From positions 1-64,000 of the forward strand of contig JBEKYR010000005.1 in the NCBI GenBank assembly GCA_049510745.1: a stretch of 64,000 nt of DNA, read 5' to 3'. A program made the translations under genes and the position numbers. This document shows, piece by piece, positions 60,415-64,000 of the stretch (its first letter is position 1; the number at the start of each line of letters is the position of its first letter). The notes under the pieces were generated by a model. That model saw only the letters and a program-made list of their open reading frames with translations. It did no database searches and was not told the DNA's origin. This DNA comes from Verrucomicrobiota bacterium. Its GTDB lineage: Bacteria > Verrucomicrobiota > Verrucomicrobiia > Limisphaerales > Palsa-1400.

Positions 60415-61487
60415 AAGGCAAGGCTGCCTGTTTTCGCCGGCAACGACAAATCGGAAATCGTTTGGGCAACACTCTGGAATCGAATACCGATTGCCTGTTG
60501 GTTTGCGCCCACCAAGCTGACATTGGCGGCCCTGAATTTTCCGCGGGCGATCAAATCGCAAGCGGCCACGCATTGCCAGGCCGCCGCAGCCATCAAGCCT
60601 TCGCCCAATACCAATTTTGGACTGATGCGCGGTCCTCTCCAATCAGCCCAGGCGTTGGCTTCAGCCGCATCGGCACGCGGACTCTCATTGAGGCCGTCAC
60701 ACAAGATTTCAGCCTGGTTTTCAGGCGGCATCTGCGCCCGCATTTTTATTGCGGCCAGCTTGCGGTTCACAAGCGCGGTGTAAGGATGCGCGTCGGTGAT
60801 CAATTCAAGCTCAACCCCCGGCGACCATTCTGGATTCAGACTCAAGCAGAGCGCTCCCGCGCCGCCGCTGATGACGGCGCGGTGATCAAAATGCCAGAGG
60901 GCGTCGGCCAGCAGCCAGTTGATTTCCTCCGCGCCCAGGACGAGGCAGGCATCCACCCGCCCCTCCAGCAACCAGTCAATCCCCAAGGCCAGTCCTTGCG
61001 AATAGGAGGAAGGGTCTCCGGCCAGCGTGCAAACCAACGGTGTCTTTTCCAACAGGGCTGCCACATGGCTTGCCGGCGCGGCAAAAACCGTCTCGGGAAA
61101 CAAGAGGGGACTGGCGGTGGCCGCGTCCTGCAGCGCCTCCTGGAAAAAACGGAAGGAAAATTGCACGCAGCCGGACTGCAGGCAGACAATAATTCCGATT
61201 CGGCAATGAACCTCATTGCCCTGCTGAACTGACTTTACGGCCTCCAGCGCCGCCGCGGCCGCGTAATGGGTGATGGGACTGGTGCGCCGCAAACGGGGAT
61301 GGGCCAGAAATGAAGGCCGGACTGCGGGATTGGGAACGGGTCGCATTCGCAATGGCTTTTGCCATCCGGGACGCGTCAGCGGCTGGGTCGGCAGAGGCTC
61401 GTTTTTTGCCAAGGCATCGCGCAGAGCTTCCACAGTCCAACCTGCCGGGCTGACGCTGCCCAAGCCGCATACGAATACCCGGTTCAT
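60411..61487 (-). CDS. Ketosynthase-like protein lacking catalytic motifs (chain-length-factor-like)
   Basis: VFVCGLGSVSP, RLRR, ASPLLFPETVFAAPASHVA KS N-terminal similarity; no ACAS or HGTGT motifs. Confidence 0.75.
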   Translation of the reverse strand: MNRVFVCGLGSVSPAGWTVEALRDALAKNEPLPTQPLTRPGWQKPLRMRPVPNPAVRPSFLAHPRLRRTSPITHYAAAAALEAVKSVQQGNEVHCRIGIIVCLQSGCVQFSFRFFQEALQDAATASPLLFPETVFAAPASHVAALLEKTPLVCTLAGDPSSYSQGLALGIDWLLEGRVDACLVLGAEEINWLLADALWHFDHRAVISGGAGALCLSLNPEWSPGVELELITDAHPYTALVNRKLAAIKMRAQMPPENQAEILCDGLNESPRADAAEANAWADWRGPRISPKLVLGEGLMAAAAWQCVAACDLIARGKFRAANVSLVGANQQAIGIRFQSVAQTISDLSLPAKTGSLAL

Positions 61488-62725
61488 GACCACCTCCGCA
61501 TAATCAAGGTGGCATTGACGCCGCCGAAGCCAAACGAGTTTGAAAGCACCACTTTGACCGGAGCCTCTTCCGGCCGGGCGACAATCCGAAAAGAACAGGC
61601 CGGATCGGGGGTCTCGAATGCCATTTCCGGCGGCAGCCATTGTTCGCGCAAACACATCAGGCAAACCACGGCCTCCACCGAACCCGCGCCACCCAGCAGA
61701 TGTCCGATGCCGGCTTTCGTGGAGCTGACTGGCAGTCTGCCTGCACGGTTGCCTGCCCAGCGGCTGATGGCTTTGGCCTCGGCCTGGTCATTCAAAGGCG
61801 TTCCCGTTCCGTGTGCGTTGATGTAGTCAACTTCTTGGGCCGTGATTTGCGCGCTCGCGCAGGCCAGTTGCATCGCCTGGCAAGCCGCGCCTCCGTCCGG
61901 GTGCGGTTGTGTCAGATGGTGGCGATCCATGCTGGTGCCGTAGCCAATGATTTCTCCCAGAATCCCGGCGCCGCGCTTCCGGGCCGATTCATAGGTTTCG
62001 AGTGCAAATACAGCGGCGCCTTCGCCAAGGGCCAATCCGTCTCGATGCGCGTCAAAAGGCCGGCAACTCGTTGGCGACATGACTTGCAATGAGTCAAAGC
62101 CGGCGAATCCCATTTGGCTGAGGGCATCGTAACCGCCGGTCAATACACGGTCGGTTTGTCCATGCCGGATCAGTTCCCATGCTTGGCCAAGGGCGTTGGT
62201 TCCGGAAGCGCAGGCATTGGATACGATGGTGACCGGCCCGGCAAAACCAAGCCAGTCCGCCACCATGGTGGCCTGAGTCTGGGCCTGATAATGCAAAGCC
62301 CGCGTTGGCTGCATTTTTTGCCGGCAGGGCCTATCGACCGCTTGGCGGAAATAATCTTCCCCGAGCGTTATGCCGCCGGCAGTGGTGCCCAAAACCACGG
62401 GCAAATTATCGGAAGATTCCCAACCGGACCGCTGCCAGGCTTCCTGAGCCGCCAGCAGCAACAGGAGGCCGGCCCGATCCAACCGTTGTTGTTGCCGTTT
62501 GGTCAAGTGCATCGGCGGCAGCAGTGACGGCAAATCCACTTCCGCCGCGGTTTTAACCCGCTGGCGGCTGACATCGAAGAGGGTGACGGGACGGAATCCC
62601 GTTTTCCCGGAGCGGAACGCCGCGGCATTCTGTTTCCATCCCAGTCCCAGCGACGTGACAATTCCGGCGCCGGTGATCACCACGCGGGGCGGAGGGGATG
62701 GGAATGGCTTTCTTGGAAACAGCAT
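61484..62725 (-). CDS. Beta-ketoacyl-ACP synthase (FabF-like)
   Basis: NACASG (Cys), INAHGTGT and GHLLG (His-His), SNSFGFGG. Confidence 0.93.
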   Translation of the reverse strand: MLFPRKPFPSPPPRVVITGAGIVTSLGLGWKQNAAAFRSGKTGFRPVTLFDVSRQRVKTAAEVDLPSLLPPMHLTKRQQQRLDRAGLLLLLAAQEAWQRSGWESSDNLPVVLGTTAGGITLGEDYFRQAVDRPCRQKMQPTRALHYQAQTQATMVADWLGFAGPVTIVSNACASGTNALGQAWELIRHGQTDRVLTGGYDALSQMGFAGFDSLQVMSPTSCRPFDAHRDGLALGEGAAVFALETYESARKRGAGILGEIIGYGTSMDRHHLTQPHPDGGAACQAMQLACASAQITAQEVDYINAHGTGTPLNDQAEAKAISRWAGNRAGRLPVSSTKAGIGHLLGGAGSVEAVVCLMCLREQWLPPEMAFETPDPACSFRIVARPEEAPVKVVLSNSFGFGGVNATLIMRRWS

Positions 62726-62738
62726 AGTCGTTCAGAAA

Positions 62739-64000
62739 TTACGCCGGCAAGGTTTGCGCGAGCCGGTAAACGCCTTGCCGGAAACCGAGGTTCATCGGGT
62801 AAAACAAATTCTTCCAGGAAGTGGTTCCCCACAGACGTTTGAAAATGGAGGGAATGGAATAGACCTCCTTGAACACACGAAAATACCCCTCCGCCAGTTG
62901 GTCGGCGTTCAGGGTCTTGGGTTTGAAAACCACATGGTTGGCATCGTAAAGCGACCAGTCGCGGGTCAGAATCCGATCTTCCTGGACCAGCCGTTTGTGC
63001 AGCCGTGTGCCGGGATAAGGCGTGAGAATGGAAAAGTAGGTCACTTCGATTTTTGCCTCCAAGACAAATTCAAGCGTGCGGTCGAAAACCCCCTCGTCAT
63101 CGGTGTCAAAACCAAACACGAATGAGCCGTCAATGCCGATGCCGTGGTCGTGGATTTTTTGAACGATCTCGGAATACTGATTCGGGCGGTTCACGCGCTT
63201 GCCCATCGCGGCAATGGTTTCCGGGGAGAGTGATTCGAAGCCCATGAAGAGTCCCTTGCACCCGCTTTGCCGGCAAAGTCTCAGGATTTCCGGATCGCTG
63301 GCAATGTTGACCGAGGCTTGGCCAAACCAATTGAGCTTCAAATCGGCGATGCGGATCAAAAACTCCCGGGCGTAGGCGCGGTTGCTGATGATGTTGTCAT
63401 CAATGAAAAACACGCAGTTTTTGAGCGAGAAAGCGCCCCGATTGAAAGGAGTCAGCCCCCGCAGTTCCGCCAGGACTTCCTCCTGCGGCCGGTTGCGATA
63501 TGTGCCGCCAAAGGCGCTGGTCACGGCGCAAAATTCGCAGTCAATTGGGCAACCCCGGGTGGTTTCGACAAAATGAACCGGCAGATATTTTTTGTTTTCG
63601 TATAGCTTCCAGTTGGGCTGCGGCAGCCCCGCCAGCGCAGGCAGGCCGTCCCGATGAAAGTAGAGGGGCTTGAGCCGCTGGAGATCGAAATCCCGCAGCA
63701 ATTCCGGCCACAGCCCTTCGGCTTCCCCCACTACCACACTATCGCAGTGAGCCTGGGCCTCTGCGGGCAGGCAGGAGACGTGCATCCCGCCCATCACCAC
63801 CTTGATGCCGCGCCGCCGGAAATGATCGGCAATTTCATAGGCGCGCTGGACGGTGGTGGTCATCGCGGTGATGCCCACCAGATCGGCCTCCTCGTTCAGG
63901 CCCAACCGCTCGACCTTTTCGTCCACAATCGTGATCTGCCAGCCGGGTGCCGTCAGCGCCGCCACTTTCAGCAGGCCGAGGCACGGCATGCGAAAAAAGA
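62739..64000 (-). CDS. Cobalamin-binding radical SAM protein (5' end probably outside the window)
   Basis: B12-binding-like region (VVMGGMHVS..VVVGEAE), TRGCPIDCEFC CxxxCxxC, TPYPGT. The frame stays open to the window edge. Confidence 0.9.
   Translation of the reverse strand, partial: FFRMPCLGLLKVAALTAPGWQITIVDEKVERLGLNEEADLVGITAMTTTVQRAYEIADHFRRRGIKVVMGGMHVSCLPAEAQAHCDSVVVGEAEGLWPELLRDFDLQRLKPLYFHRDGLPALAGLPQPNWKLYENKKYLPVHFVETTRGCPIDCEFCAVTSAFGGTYRNRPQEEVLAELRGLTPFNRGAFSLKNCVFFIDDNIISNRAYAREFLIRIADLKLNWFGQASVNIASDPEILRLCRQSGCKGLFMGFESLSPETIAAMGKRVNRPNQYSEIVQKIHDHGIGIDGSFVFGFDTDDEGVFDRTLEFVLEAKIEVTYFSILTPYPGTRLHKRLVQEDRILTRDWSLYDANHVVFKPKTLNADQLAEGYFRVFKEVYSIPSIFKRLWGTTSWKNLFYPMNLGFRQGVYRLAQTLPA

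Overview
A GC-rich bacterial chromosomal window, probably from Verrucomicrobiota (an inference from gene content and protein style, not from a marker gene). The housekeeping genes are nadA (partial), mqnD, aroE, pilD, recN, gmk, yicC, a ygfZ-like gene, nagB, amt with P-II, and a divergent EF-G paralog. Other major contents are an 11.4 kb gene for a ~3800 aa exported protein of nine NHL-propeller + Ig modules, a minus-strand hemicellulose CAZyme cluster (GH3, GH35-like, GH26, GH5, GH30-like) and a plus-strand pectin cluster (Ogl-like, GH2 x2, six-hairpin GH, PL4). Five separate PIN-toxin TA modules and several gene relics (sucA N-terminus, yhcG/DUF1016, IS21 istB with its right end) are scattered between them. 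At the right end, an isolated tRNA-His 3' fragment (likely att site) bounds a probable genomic island carrying a B12 radical SAM + KS + CLF-like + FabG + ACP cluster. Window-wide patterns include leaderless promoters (TAnnnT-6 nt-start codon), frequent Thr-Asn motifs in exported proteins (extreme in a 14 x heptad 'PVFTNR' repeat protein) and Gly/Arg-rich loop insertions in CAZymes. All family calls come from motif recognition by eye; no searches were run.
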